Shown in pieces: positions 9,885 to 22,684 of a stretch of DNA of 64,000 nt. The notes under the pieces were generated by a model that saw only the letters and a program-made list of their open reading frames with translations, searched no databases and had not been told where the DNA came from. Location: the NCBI RefSeq assembly GCF_011745625.1, contig NW_027191455.1, positions 1,054,001-1,118,000 on the forward strand, read 5' to 3'. Position numbers and translations under genes: made by a program. This DNA is from Cladosporium halotolerans (taxonomy: Eukaryota). Positions within the stretch are counted from its first letter, which is position 1. Each line of letters opens with the position of its first letter.

Positions 9885-12510
9885 TCATAAGACATCGCCG
9901 ATGTTGCGGGAAATCGGACTGACACCCTTGTGCGCCGGGCTACGTGGATCAAGTCCGGTTGCTCTCGACGGTTCCTCAGCAGGTTTCGGTGTCGGAGGCG
10001 AAACTGCCATTGAGAAGGGGTTGTCGGTGAATTGTGTCGCGCGAGGCGACATGAGGGCATCCTCTGGCCCTCCGTGGTACGCAGCAGTCGGGGCCTGATG
10101 TTGTTGGTGCCCCAGGTGTAGCTTAGCCTCAAGATCTGCCTGCAAGCGCTGCAGCTCCCGCTGCTCTCTGATACTGGGAGACGAGATCTTGCCACGAAGA
10201 GTCCTCCCACCAGGCGTACTGAGACTGCCAGATTGTTGGGTCGAGTTGCCAGAGGGCGATCTCAACGACCTTGATCGAGCAGGAGCCTCGCCTTGCTGAT
10301 GCATAGAGCCCATGCCTAGTTGTGCCAGCAGTGCTGACCTGTCGAACGGCGAGGATGCGAATTCGGTGGAAGTTGGCGACATCAAACCAAAATCATCCGC
10401 AGGATCTGCTTCTGCAGAAGGTTTCAGAGGTAACATATGGAACTCTGTCGATCTCGGCGACATCATCGGTTCGGTGGGTGTCACGGACCCATCTTCTCTG
10501 TTGGGGAAGGTAGGAACCGTGATCGTTTTTTCCTTGACCTCTGACCGTTCGGGCTCGATGATATTGAGCGACGGGACTACGTGGCCTGCAGGATCGACAT
10601 ATGTCGGAGATGCTCTCACGGAGCTCATGGCCCTTGGTCTCTGGCTTGGCTCGGAGCTGTCCTTGGGCCATGGCATTCCAGAAGGCGCAGAAGACGGGCC
10701 CGGGCTCAGAGCCGGTAGTGAGTCGTCGTCGGGGACCGACCTGTGGGAGCCTGCGGCGTTGAGAGACAGGGCGGCAGAGTGAAGTCCACCGTCTGTTGAG
10801 CGTGCTGAAAATGGACTGCGCCATTCGCTCAATGCAGATGCAGGGGTGATTGGAGATAGGCCGCGGTTGTCCGGAAGTAGACCACCGCGTGCCAGACTTG
10901 AGCGAAACTCTTGGAGTTGCATGATGAAGTTCTGAACATCACGTTAGCAAAGATGTTGACAGCATCAATGTTGTCGGACTCACCATGTTGGGTCCGATCC
11001 ATTTGCTCTTGGCCTTGACCGCATCATAAGCTTCCTGCACGCTCAGTGCTGGGTTCTTGTACATCCAGTAAGCCACCACCAAGCTTGCGGACCGGCTCAC
11101 ACCGCACTGGCAATGCACGAGTACTTTCTTGTTCTCGTTCACTTTCTCATCGATTTGCTTGACAAGTCCCAGCAAATCCGGGACAATGTCGCTGTTGTGT
11201 TCCCAAGGAACGTGAATGTATTCAGGTTCCTTGTTGACGGTTTGTGAAGACGGGTCCAAAGCTGAGTGGTCACTTGTTACAGTGGCTTTAGGCGTTGTTG
11301 GCGAACTCGGGAGGCGTTGTTCGGCAAGTCCGGGAGGCCTGTCGCGCTTGGGCGCGTATTGAATTCCGCCACCACCGTCGAGTCTTACCTCTGGCTCGGG
11401 CGACTTGGGTTCGACATGCGAATTAAACGGGTTGCGAACTTCAACGGCGACGTTCATAACGACGTCGTATTTGCGTGCTTGTTCGGCAGTAGGCTCCAGA
11501 TAGAGATCGACGTACGGCTCGTACACGCAGATTGGTCCCTCAGGATAGGCCTCCGGCTTCTCTTCCCTTGATAGCGGGATGTCGAAGTTCTGTTCTTCAT
11601 CGACCTTTGCCACCACCTGAGGTCCCTCTGTCGGCGAAAGGATCGTCTCAAGGGTAGAGGTATGATGTAATTTGGGTATCGGCACGCTCTCTTCGCCCAA
11701 AGAGGAGAACAAAGGCAGAGAAGGACTGGATTGAAAGTGTCGTAGAGTGCCAGGTCTACCGAAAGATGGCGTGGCGGGTATAGCGAGCTTTATCTGCTGT
11801 GGAGGAGGATTTGTTGAAGCTGGAGTCTGAATCGTGAGGCCAAGATTACTGGGCTTCCGTTTAGGTGGATGCGGTGGCTTTACGAAAGACGGTGACAGAA
11901 TGTTAGGTTCGGAGGCGTTGTTTTGAGCAAGAGGAAGACACGTTGTCGACGACGCCCTACCAGGAGCTCGGGAGGTGTCTACTGCGAGGTTCTTGAGGTT
12001 GCGACCTTTCTTTGACGGTGCGGTCTTTTGCAGCTCAAAGAATGGAGTGCTTTGCTCGTGTGATGTGCGCGGACGAAACATTCCGGCGGTGAATGAGTTC
12101 GGAGGCGGAGATTCAGGTGAAGAGCCCGGAGAAGTCTCGGTGGCGCTGGAGTCGTCGATGGTAGAATAAGTAGTGGTGGGCGAAGAATCGTTAGACGCAG
12201 CAGTGGAATCACTGATGGTATGGTGATGGAATCTTCCAAAGACCTTTTCGGCGTATTCAGAAGATGTGGGAAAGGTAGCCGACGGATTCGGGGATGCTGG
12301 TTTGGGCAGCTCCTTGGTAGTCGACATTTTTGTGTCGGAAACGGCCAGCGCGGACACTGGAGAATGTGAAGATCCTGCAGGTTGGGAGGCTGACTTGTCT
12401 ACGCCCGTCTTGAACCAGAACCAACCATTTGCTCTCCAGTCAATAGAGTGTGGGAATTTTGTTATTCGTCTGAGCCTTTCGCTGGCTGGTAGAGATCTGT
12501 GGTCCGCCAT
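9885..12510 (-). CDS. pmp1: Dual-specificity MAP kinase phosphatase (Pmp1/Msg5 type)
   Basis: Catalytic VLVHCQCGVSRSASLVVAY, plus YPEGPICVY and HVPWEHN. Intron 10983-10932 joins WIGPNM-NFIMQLQEF. Long S/P-rich N- and C-terminal tails. Start codon uncertain (12510 or a downstream ATG). Confidence 0.9.
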
Positions 12511-13999
12511 TGTTAGTAGGCTGTGTCAACCGAGCAGCGACCTGCGCCGCTCACAACCACACGAGGGTGGAGAAAGTAAAGGGACGTGGGAATCGACAAG
12601 GCAAGGCCAGAGTGTAGGCTTGGAGGCTAAGCCCGTGGGGACTCGGGCAGCTAGTAAGCAATAGCGCTTGCCAGGCTCATAGTCGGCTATGCACGACCAA
12701 CAGCTAGCCCACGAATCCCAAAGCAGGCCGTGGCGTCTGGATTGCGCAATAGGGAAGGGGAACGTACCGAACAGCTTTCTCCAGGAAAGCCCGCGAGTGG
12801 TGAGATTCCGGATCCCAAGAAGCGCCAGATGCCGCTGAAAGAACGACGATACGCTTCTGGCGCGGGGGCCGCTAAGGTCAAGGATAGACAGCGCTTGCAA
12901 GGAGAGAGGGTGCTTTTCTTAGTAACGCGGTTACTGCATGTCCGCGTGGACGAGGTCCAGTCGGTCAAGGGAAGGGAATGTCGTGGGGAGTTGGAGGGAA
13001 GCGCCGCGGTGGGCCAATGACAGGCGCGTAGCAAGCGCTTGCAAGCCTGCAGCTAGGATCCAATCAGCACACCAGCGCTCTTTGCCACGACCTGCGAGGT
13101 GCTGGGATTCTTCTTTCGCGGTATCTAAAGGCGCATGCGCACCCACGGGATGATTCACGTTCAAGATCCCCAGGCAAGATGCAGCCCAGGCCTCGCGGAC
13201 GGATGCAGCGCAGATGCTTGGCAGACTCACCAGTGACACAAGGAGAGCTTTCGCTGAACGGTATAGCAAGGCGCAAGATCAGACGATTCGCTGCGTCTCA
13301 AGCCGATACCAGTCTCGATGATAGTTTCTTGATCTCGCGTCGTGTAGGTGGTGAGGCTGCTTGAGGCGGCCTGTTGGCTAACACGACGGTTACCACCACA
13401 AACTGGTTCCCACGGCGACAGGTAAACCAGACGAATGGCCCTCTTCTTTCCTAGTATCCTCTTGCGGTGTCCAGCTGCCTCTCCCACGGCCGGTCGCAGG
13501 TGACTGAATTGGAGTCCGCGGTTTGTTTTGTTGCTATTGACCGCGCAGCGCAAGCTGAAACAAAGAGAAGCGCACGCGCTCGAGTGCTGGCTCGCACGGC
13601 TGGTCGCAGGGATGGTGGAGAGGGCGGGCGGCGAGGGGGATGCGCGGGTGGTGAAGCGAGCAAGGTGTAGGAAATCGTCGACAGCCGTGCGCGACAGGTG
13701 CGTCCGCGAGCGACGAGAGGAGGGCGAGCAAGTGGGAGGGTGGTAGTGGATGGTTTGGTGCAAGCGTCAAGCAGCACAAGCGCCGCTGTCTCGAAAGCCA
13801 AAGGCTAGGTAAGATGCTATTCTTAGCCTACCGTCCCCGTTCCCGGACTCATAAGCACGAGAACGACGACGCGCCAGGCCACGCGCCCAGGAGCTGCCAG
13901 GCGAGAAATACGATATATTGCCACGTCTGCTGTTGGTGAACGGTTCGTTGATTCTCCAGATCGATCCTCTGCCAGGGTTCCAGCGTCCATGTCCGGCTG

Positions 14000-14015
14000 C
14001 CCCCCCCCCCCCCCC
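14000..14015. repeat. C16 homopolymer tract
   Basis: 16 consecutive C residues in the long intergenic region upstream of pmp1. Confidence 0.9.
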
Positions 14016-15685
14016 GTCGTGATATAGTATTGTTCGACACAATGGAATTCTCACCAGTTTTGAGGCCCCTTTCTTCAACACATGGCTCCAAACCCTGTGG
14101 GATGCCCTGGCGGGGTGAACCCCCAAGCTGGCAGCTCCTGCTCGCACAGCTGGTTCATCTGACCGATCGACGTGCACGCCTTACCACGAACAAACGATGG
14201 TAATCGATCTCTTCACGCCGTGCTGGGCCTCGTGGCCGGCCGTTCTCGACCCAACGGCGCAGCGATGCCACGCACCAGGGCGAAAGGCCCCCTCCGAGTC
14301 TCCGCAGGTTCGCTCGATCGTCGCGTGCCTCAGGTAGACGACAGTCGCAATCTATTTTTGTGGGCTCGACTCGCTTGACTCGCCGAGTGCGCAAACCGGC
14401 CGCCCGTGCTGACCCCAAGCCTCAGGCCAACCAGGGCGTCAGCTTTGGCCGGCGAGCTTGATCCTTCGGCCTCCACTCGCTGCCGGTTGCCATTATTCGA
14501 CTGCCAAAGGGCGCTACTCTCCCGTGTCGGTATGCGTGCTCGCCGAGTGGTCTGGAAGCCGGGCTGGTATTGGCTTCGGTGTTCGCACGCGAATCTGCTG
14601 CAGTAGCCTGGCAACAAGCTACACTGCAAGTGCAACGAGCCTGCTGCCTCACCACACAGCCCCGAGACACGACGCGCTTCGTCAGCTTGGTCACGAGCGT
14701 TGTCACGAGCGTTTTGACGGCTCTCCGAGCCCTACACGCCACATGCCTCGGCAGTCGTTGCTCGTCAGCACGCTGAAACGAGATTTGGCTAAAACGGTGG
14801 CGCCACCTGGCACGGCCGCGTCCACGTTACATAGAAAATCGTCAAACCCACCCACGAACCGACGTTGTAAGTCGAGACCCATCCGAAGACTTTGAACAAT
14901 ACAAACCAGCACTATTTGCTTCTCGTATCCTGTCTGGGCAAGCAAGGAAAAAGTTACGGTAGCATGCTGAAACCCACAAGTTACGCTTCTCGGCCCCTTG
15001 CCACGCTGGAGGGAGCCCCCCAGGACTTCCATGGTTCGCTACCCAGCACCAAGTGGAGGTTAAGCATAAACGTCCGAACCGCTTCGCTCGTTAACTTTGA
15101 TTTGCTTGCTAGGCTGTCTACTTGGGGATCCCCTGCCAGCGTTTGCAATTTTGGGATAGAATCAATAAAAGAAAAAATCGCAGGTGCTATCCCGGCTACG
15201 TCGGGAAACCACTAACTTCGGCCCACGACTTCGGCACGGACATAATATGGCTATACCGCTCGCAAAGTCCGTTCGACGCCGACATCGTCGACTGGCTGTG
15301 TCGTGTTCATCCTGGGACGGTATTTTGTCCTGGCTCATGGCGTGAACGATAACTTTGCTCGACAGACCGGGGGCTTTCCACGCGTGATCTTTTTCCAAAT
15401 CAACCCTGCCGAACACTGCCGGCGGTGGGTGCCGTGTGGCGCTGGGTTGTGGCGCGCCTCGTATTCGCGTTCCTCCGTGTCTTGTGCCTCAAGACTACAT
15501 CAACTTGCTTGCGTGGAGACTCTCCGACGACCGGACGCCGGTATACGCCTGTTGTGTACGACTTGGAGTTGAGCCAGGTCGAAGAGACGTCGAGCCGCGC
15601 CTCCATTTGCGCCAACGCGATTCAGAGAAAAAGTAAGTGTTCAGCAGTCCTGTTACCAAATCCATCACTCTCCACCTCACCCTCA

Positions 15686-16403
15686 TCATCCCATCCGCGG
15701 CGCAACAGGCACTGCAGGAAGGGGCGGCAATCTTCTCGTTGGACTCAAAAACTCCGCCCCCACCACACGCCTCTGCAGACCTTCAGACGCATCGCGCAAC
15801 GGCCACAGATCGTTGCCCCTGGGAAGAGGAAGCTCAAGCAGCGCCGAAGCATCTCTCACACGCCGAGCCACGTCGTCAACGCTGTTCGCGCCGTCCCGGA
15901 CGCAGCTCAAGAACATCTGCGCGTCGCATTCGCGGCTCGACTTCAGCAGCCGCAGCAGCTCGATCGCCTTGTCGCGCTCAGCTTCCAGCTCGGAGCTCTT
16001 GCGCAGCGCGGCGGAGAACCGCGTTTCGCCTTCGTGCGTCGAGTAGGAGCAGGGGGCGCCGTTCTCACTGCAGCGGGTGCAGGATGGGCTGGGGAAAAGT
16101 GTTAGTTCTCTGATCATTATTCTGGGGCCTCTGATTCAGGGCATTCGGGAGCGTTACCGTTCGCCGTCGCACTGTGGCTGCGTTAGTCTACTCTGCGATC
16201 TGGGGTCTGGCTGTTGGCTTTGGCTTTTCTACCTTTGCTTTCTTCTTCTGACACCTGAAGCACGCGGACTGGATCTGCCCGCGCCTGACTTTGACGTGGG
16301 GTTGCTTGAGGCAGTCTTCGGATCGCGGCAAGGACAGTCTCGTCTGCATGTCGATGTGGTGTGCACGCCGGTCGCGGTTTACTGCTCCTTCTTGCGGATT
16401 CAT
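15686..16403 (-). CDS. Small Zn2Cys6 transcription factor (about 195 aa, no middle-homology region)
   Basis: Exons 16403-16233, 16171-16158 (14-nt microexon) and 16088-15686 reconstitute C-FR-C-QKKKAK-C-DGERPS-C-TR-C-SENGAP-C, followed by the helical segment ELEAERDKAIELLRLLKSSRECDAQMFLSCVRDG. Confidence 0.85.
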
Positions 16404-17654
16404 TCCTTCGTCGAGCGAGCCGCGATTGAAGGCTGACGGAAAAGGGAGGCTCTCAGTCCGAGATGTGTAGCGATGCAGTTCAAACTTTGGCGGTCATGTT
16501 ATCGTGTTCGAAGATTGCTTCCCGATATACAGCAACGTGGTCGGCGAGGGATTGAGCGAGGAATTGGTGGCATATTCATACCAACGGGGTCCTTCGCAAA
16601 AGCGACCTGTCGGGTCCGCTCCGGATGCATTGAGCGCATGGCGCGTCAGATTGACGCGGATCGTCGTCGCCGGAGCGGAGTCCCCGCTGTGTTGTATATA
16701 CAGGGGCCACGGAACGCGCAGGCGTCGGGTCCTGCCGCTTGATGATGTGTGAAGACTACGCGAAACGAAATGTTCGGGAGAACGGAATATCGACGAACAA
16801 AACTAACAACATTGATGGATCTGTTGATGCTCGAACGATCCCGCAAAACCAAGAAGCTGACAGCAACGCCGCCAAATCGTCCAAATGCGACTTGCGCTCA
16901 ACGCCCGGAGGTCTGCCCGGGAGATCAGTGTACCTGGGCCGCGCCCCCCGGTCAGAATGAAGTTGTATACCGGATGGCGGAGAGCGGCGAGGCAGCCCTT
17001 CGCCGCGACATCTGCGCGTCACGTGATCATTGCTGCTGCTGCCGGAGCAGGGACCGCTGCTCACGGCGCGTGCACGTGGGGAAACTGCAGATAACGCAAT
17101 GATGTCTCATTCTGGCGTTGAAAGAGGCGTCGGTCTGCGACGGGATGAATGCAGCAATTGGGGGCTCTTGATCAAACCGGAGTGCCGTCTGGTCGTCTTG
17201 TCGAACGCAGCCTTCGGCAACCTGCGGATTGTCTGTCATCTGTGCTCGTAAGACACTATTTTGTCTATTGAATGCTAAGATAAAAGGTTTCGACGAAACA
17301 AGGGTTCTGCATTGGTCTTGTCTGCTATCAGATGGTGGGTGAAACTGCTAAGATTAACCTTTAGCCCGGGGATCTTCGGTCGCGAGATCACGTGACAATC
17401 GACTTTGGCCAACTGATGCCAGGTTAGTCAGGAGGCGCTGCCATTTACTCAACTGTGGGAGTTTGCGACGGCCCACGGTGTGAGTGAGCATGACAGTGAG
17501 TAATTCCAGTCAATGCGAGGTCGTTCATTGAGACCGAGAGCGGCGTTGAGCTATGCCCAGTCACCATGAACCATTGACGGACCAGCACGAGTACCAAATG
17601 TTGAGGAACACATCGGCTATCAGAATAATTTGTTCATTCGAATGCAGATACCGA

Positions 17655-18080
17655 TTAAGTGACACCCTCCTGCTCGTCCAACACACTCGATAGATTTGCA
17701 GCTTCACGCACAACCGTTGCCACATCTTGGATGCTCGCTTGGACGACCGGCAAGGTCGCAATGAGTTCTTCGATTGAAATCCCCTGACGCAGTCGCTTGA
17801 GCAGTGCTTTCGAATCCTCGTCGGTACCGGATCGCATCGCGTGTACGAGTTTCTCCATCATTTCTATCCGTAGTGCTTCACTGTCGGAAATGTCGCCCGA
17901 GCTGGTAGCGAGATTTGGGATGTCGTCGGACTCCCATAGATGTTTCTGGACAGGATTTCGACATGATCGACATGGGATTATCTGGCCAAGGGGCTTGAGC
18001 TGATCGGCCAGGCAACTCGTGCAGGAAGGATCAACATCGCTGTCCTGATTCTGACGTTTTGTTGTAGCCCGGGTTTGCAT
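17655..18080 (-). CDS. Small degenerate Zn-cluster-like protein
   Basis: 141-aa ATG ORF with CxxC-x6-P-x6-CxxC-x6-H and the helical segment LVHAMRSGTDEDSKALLKRLRQGISIEELI typical of short Zn2Cys6 proteins. Confidence 0.6.
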   Translation of the reverse strand: MQTRATTKRQNQDSDVDPSCTSCLADQLKPLGQIIPCRSCRNPVQKHLWESDDIPNLATSSGDISDSEALRIEMMEKLVHAMRSGTDEDSKALLKRLRQGISIEELIATLPVVQASIQDVATVVREAANLSSVLDEQEGVT

Positions 18081-18563
18081 GGATCCTATGCGTCTCGACT
18101 GAGGGTTAAGATCGAAAGAAGCGGAGTCGACGCAATGTTGTGGGTGCCTCCGCGAAAGAGTCAGTCGTCGTCTCAGAATTTATTGAATACAGCGCAGGTG
18201 AAACAGACGCGAACGGCAGCTTCGGAGCCCCGTCCGTTTGAAGCCTGCAAAGCAGGTCAGTTGCTCGCCAAGCGGGTGCACCCCACCCCACGACAGCGGA
18301 TGCTAGACGACTAAAGCCAATGGGAAGGAGTCAAAACCGGGCTAAAACGAGTCAGATCGAAAGCGCCAAAGGTTGTGGCTTTGCGATCGAGATTGAAGGG
18401 CGTCTGTCAGTCCCTGTTTCATATCTGCCTTGGAAGTCCCTCCAGCAGTTGCGAACGTGGTTGCTTTCTCACTGTACTTGATCAACACATCGACTCGAGA
18501 TATCTCGCCCACAGCTCCGACTTATTAGATATCTTTACTAAAAACCTCTACTGACCCCCAACA

Positions 18564-20496
18564 TTAGACGTTCCAAGATTCACGCAACTGACTCAGAGTC
18601 TGCTTCGTCGGCCATCCGTGCTCCGATTCAGTGCGCATGAGGATGCCCTCTAATTGCCGTCGCTCTGACGGTATCTCAAATCGATCACCAACTGTTGCTC
18701 ATACCTCTCTGTCAGCCTGGGTCTCACCTTGGGATAAATGGAGATGCATACATATGCTTATCCCCATGGATGCCACAACCAGTCCCGCAGGAGCGTAGTC
18801 ATTGCAATATGCGATTCCGCATATTTTGCGAATGTCTGACTTGATGTGCTCCTGCCTAGTCGTCAGCAATTCCAATTTTGCATATTGCATTCAACAGTGC
18901 AGACTTACGTCTATACTTTGAAGTGCATGTCTCCTCTGCGGCCCAAGTATTGGCAGTCGTGCGTGCGCTGCCAACAAGGCCGATGCTACAAGGTTATACT
19001 GCCAGGCCATGACTATGAATGATCAGCAGAGAAAATGCTGTGGGCTTCGCTGATCCCACCATGACAGGGTGCCAACAAAGCAACTCCGACAAACTCCGTT
19101 GCCGGGGAATTGAGCCTGTCAACTTGTCCTAACGGCCGAAAGGAGACAGGAATCTCCCGTTGCCATGTTGTCAATCGATTGGTGAGATGGCCAATTGTCT
19201 CCGGGCTTTTGTCGTTGCCGAACACGCAGTTCACAACTTCAGCGCAGTCGCTCACGGCGCGAAGCGCAAGTTGCCAATCGTCACGTATATTGGCGCGACT
19301 CGAGTTTCGCGGTGCCTCACATCGGACCGGTCGGTGCTCTTTCAGGCCTATGTAAAGCTCTTGCCTGAAAGCAGCCCACAAGCACGCCTGGCGGAAGCTG
19401 CTGGCTTGCATCGACGGCGACTGATCCTGTGATGCTTGAATCACAGCTTGCGCGCCGATCAAGTGGCCTCGTAGGTCTACGCCGCTGATGGAGACTGCAC
19501 CAGTCAGTCTCGTTTCACGCGGGTGGATACCCACTCACCATCTATCTCTTCCAGCAAGCGGAGCAGACACAGGGTCGCAAGCAGATCGTCATCTTCTATG
19601 TCCATGTCGGACGCCAATGTCGGTATGAGTACCCGAAGACAGGCATCATTGTATCTGTCTGCAAGGTACTCGTCAATCGCCGCTGGCCGTTGAGTGCGGT
19701 GCATATGCCGCGCAGAGAGTGGCAAGCAGCGCGTTCGCTAACATGGGCTTAGACCGAGCCCGAGACGGCACGTCGAAGGCGAAGTGAGCCTGCGCGTCGA
19801 AGAAGTCAAACTGTGACAGATGAGCCATTGGTCTTGGTGAAGGGGAGCCGGGGAGCAGTTCGTACGAATGGTGTGATGCGAGAAACATAGTGCCTGAGAA
19901 GCCAAATCTCGAGGTTGGATTGGAATGGCGCATCCTCGCGATTGCGCTTGTGTGATGTAACGTCTGTCAATGGGATAGTCCGTGAGGCCGTTACATATTG
20001 AACGTCTTCAGATGTGTTTGCGCGTGCAGGGTATCCATTGGAACGGTCCGCGTAGGGCGGACTGGTTGGATAACTGCTTCGTTGTGCAGAGCCGAATGGA
20101 GCGTTGCCATCCCCGTCAAACGTTTCGAGGTGAAAATCAACTACTTGTGTCAGCGCATCTTCGGACAGTGCCGACCGATAGGCACACTGTTAGGTGGAAT
20201 TGGAAGCCACGTCTGATTCGGATTGAAGTCTGTTTGCTCCAAGTTTGTGTGCCGTTCAGCGGCGAAGTCAAGCTCATAGGCACAAGACTGTTTGGCAGTC
20301 TTGCAGCGACTACAAATCGGTTGCAGTTGGTCACCTGGCCGCCCGTCAGTGATAGTTCAATATTTGACAGAGTCCGGCTGGACTCACATTTCTGATATCG
20401 TGATCTGCACCGTTTGCTGTGTGATGGGCGAAGTCAGAACAGCGCACGTGTGATATGCAAACATACTGACCATGCATGCGCATTCGTGGCGGACAT
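18564..20496 (-). pseudogene. Zn2Cys6 transcription factor with fungal-specific C-terminal domain, frameshifted
   Basis: Multi-intron model from ATG 20496: MSATNAHAC-KRC-RSRYQK-C-DQLQPI-C-SR-C-KTAKQS-C ... FDFFDAQAHFAFDVP ... ESEHGWPT..WNV*. One extra base at about 19720-19722 breaks MLANALLA/LSARHM. Confidence 0.75.
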
Positions 20497-21052
20497 TAAT
20501 GAGCGAATCCCCGACAGTGATCAGTCTAGGCTTCATTTTTGTGTTGCATGCGCAAGTGCTACTTTGAAATGCATCGGGGCAGTGATCGCCGTCAGTCACG
20601 ACCCCTCCTCGAGCGGGGTTCACTTCTCCAAGGAACATGTTCGCCCGAGGAATGCCAACGTGGCTAGTGCGCCCGACCAATCGCGGAATCATGCGAGCAT
20701 CGAAAGGCGCCTGCGAAACTCTATATAAAGTGCGCAGAACTGCCGCGTTCGCCGACTGGGAGGCAAAACGGGGGACTTGAGCGGCAAGGTGTGCGTTTTT
20801 TAGTCGCATCATACAGACTGGAGTTATTCCCACATTGCTGCTCATTCGAAGGTAGTCTTCGCCAAAACTCATGAACTCTTTACGGAAAAGAGAGATTCAA
20901 ATTCTAGTGATTCAACCATAGAAACGAGGTTACTTCTACAACCACTGAACTTGATCAGCTTTCTTCGATCTGTCCAACACAATCATTCCTCACACCGCCA
21001 TCTGCACAATTTCTCACTTGCCGGACCTCGCACATTCCTTCTACTTCGATGC

Positions 21053-22684
21053 TCACGCTGCGAACTGCAGGGTCACCATGCTCTGGCCCAAGATCGTGTA
21101 CCGTACGGGTATTCCCTTGCTCGACCACTCGACTGATGTCACCTTCCAATCTGACGACGTATCTGTCTCAACAATCTTAATCAGTCGAGCTGATGGACTT
21201 GGTGACTTCAAGTCTATGTCGTAAGCCTCGGTCTGATTGTTGAAGAACAGCACATTCCATGTGCGGTTGTGCGGCTGTTCGATTGCAGTCTCCGGGCCAT
21301 GTGCCGATGCAAAGGCATTCACGCCATACGGGAGCTGGCCCTGGGGTATGTCGTACCTCACACTGCCAGGACGGTGAAAGTAAGAGTAGTGCTTCAACAT
21401 GAAAGCTCGCTTGGTAAGATAGAGGTTGTAGTCACGAGTTTGGTTGAAGTTCGGATCGATGTAGATCAGAGCAGAGTTGTAGCCGGCGGTCTCGTTGATT
21501 GCGTTGTAACACTGTGGTCCATCGATATTGGGCGAGCAGGGGAGAAAGCTGACAGCAGTCCACCAGTCAAAGCTCTCCACCTGCGCAATCGTCAGAAATT
21601 GCCAGATGTGCCGTGCAACGACGAGAGCATTATTCATGGTTGGGTCGTTCTGAGATTTGAAGGCATTCTGGCCGTTGGCAGCACTGCCCGTACAGCATGT
21701 TTCCGTAAACTTGACCCTCGGAGGATGCCCATCTGTCAATCGGACCAGCTCTTCTCGATATTGGGCTACCTCTGCATCAGTGGGAAAGTCATAGTTGTGT
21801 ACGGCTAAGCTGTACATTGAGTTCAAAGACTCCAGTAGTCACTCCGGGTATTCTGGGATCGCCTGGGTTGTAATCTGGCTGGTTTCATCGTAGATAATGC
21901 CGACTTTCGAGGCTGGCGAGGAATCTAATTCTGCCCTCAAGGTCCGGGCAAGGCTCGCACGAAGGCTCGGATCCAGCGCCATTCCCTCTTGACCACAGTC
22001 AGCGCGGAGGTTGTCAGGCTCGTTCACTGGCGAGATGTAGTTTACGTTGATCCCGTTCTCGATCCAGTAAGATAAGACAGTCTGCAGGTATTCTGCAAAC
22101 ACCGGTATCTTGTCACCGGTCATATTCCATCCGCAGGCAGCCTCATTACTTGCAATGTGAGACGGGGCTGCAGTCACAAAAAAGGTGATGTATGGCACTC
22201 CGTACTCTTGAGCCGCTTTGAGAAAGGTTACGCCGGCACGATCTCTGCTCCAGTCGTAGGTTCCATTTCGCAAGAGGAAAGACTCGATGCGGGATCCGTT
22301 TGTAGTTACTTGGTTGGCGTCGTTGCCACCATCGGCTCCAACATTGTAGCGATACGAGCTAAGATAGAGACCGTCTTCCGAGAAGAGGAAAGAGCTTAGA
22401 TTTCGCTGCACTTCCCGAGGAAAGTGGATAAGGTCATTAGGCCACCTGAGTTATTGTTCAGTAGAAATCTTGGATAGCGTTTCAAGGGAGTTTCTCACCA
22501 TCCACCCGAAGCACCGAACGATGTCAAAGTTTGACGAGGGGTTTGATCAATCGTAACTGCAACAAAGTCAACAGAAATGGTCGGTCAGCTTCACACAGGT
22601 TGGAGACTTGCTGTCAAATCCAGACATCGATCTACATCCCATCAGAAGTAGAATTGGAATCAGGGTTGGCTTGCAGAATCTCAT
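21053..22684 (-). pseudogene. Secreted GH30 glycoside hydrolase (endo-beta-1,6-galactanase-like) with an in-frame TGA
   Basis: Signal peptide; FGASGGWWPNDL, LSSYRYNVGADGGND, acid/base motif PVNEPD, nucleophile motif FTETCC, FDWW, LTKRAFMLKHYSYFHRPG. Introns at about 22611-22557 and 22498-22446. In-frame TGA at 21841-21839 (EYPE*LLES). Confidence 0.8.
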
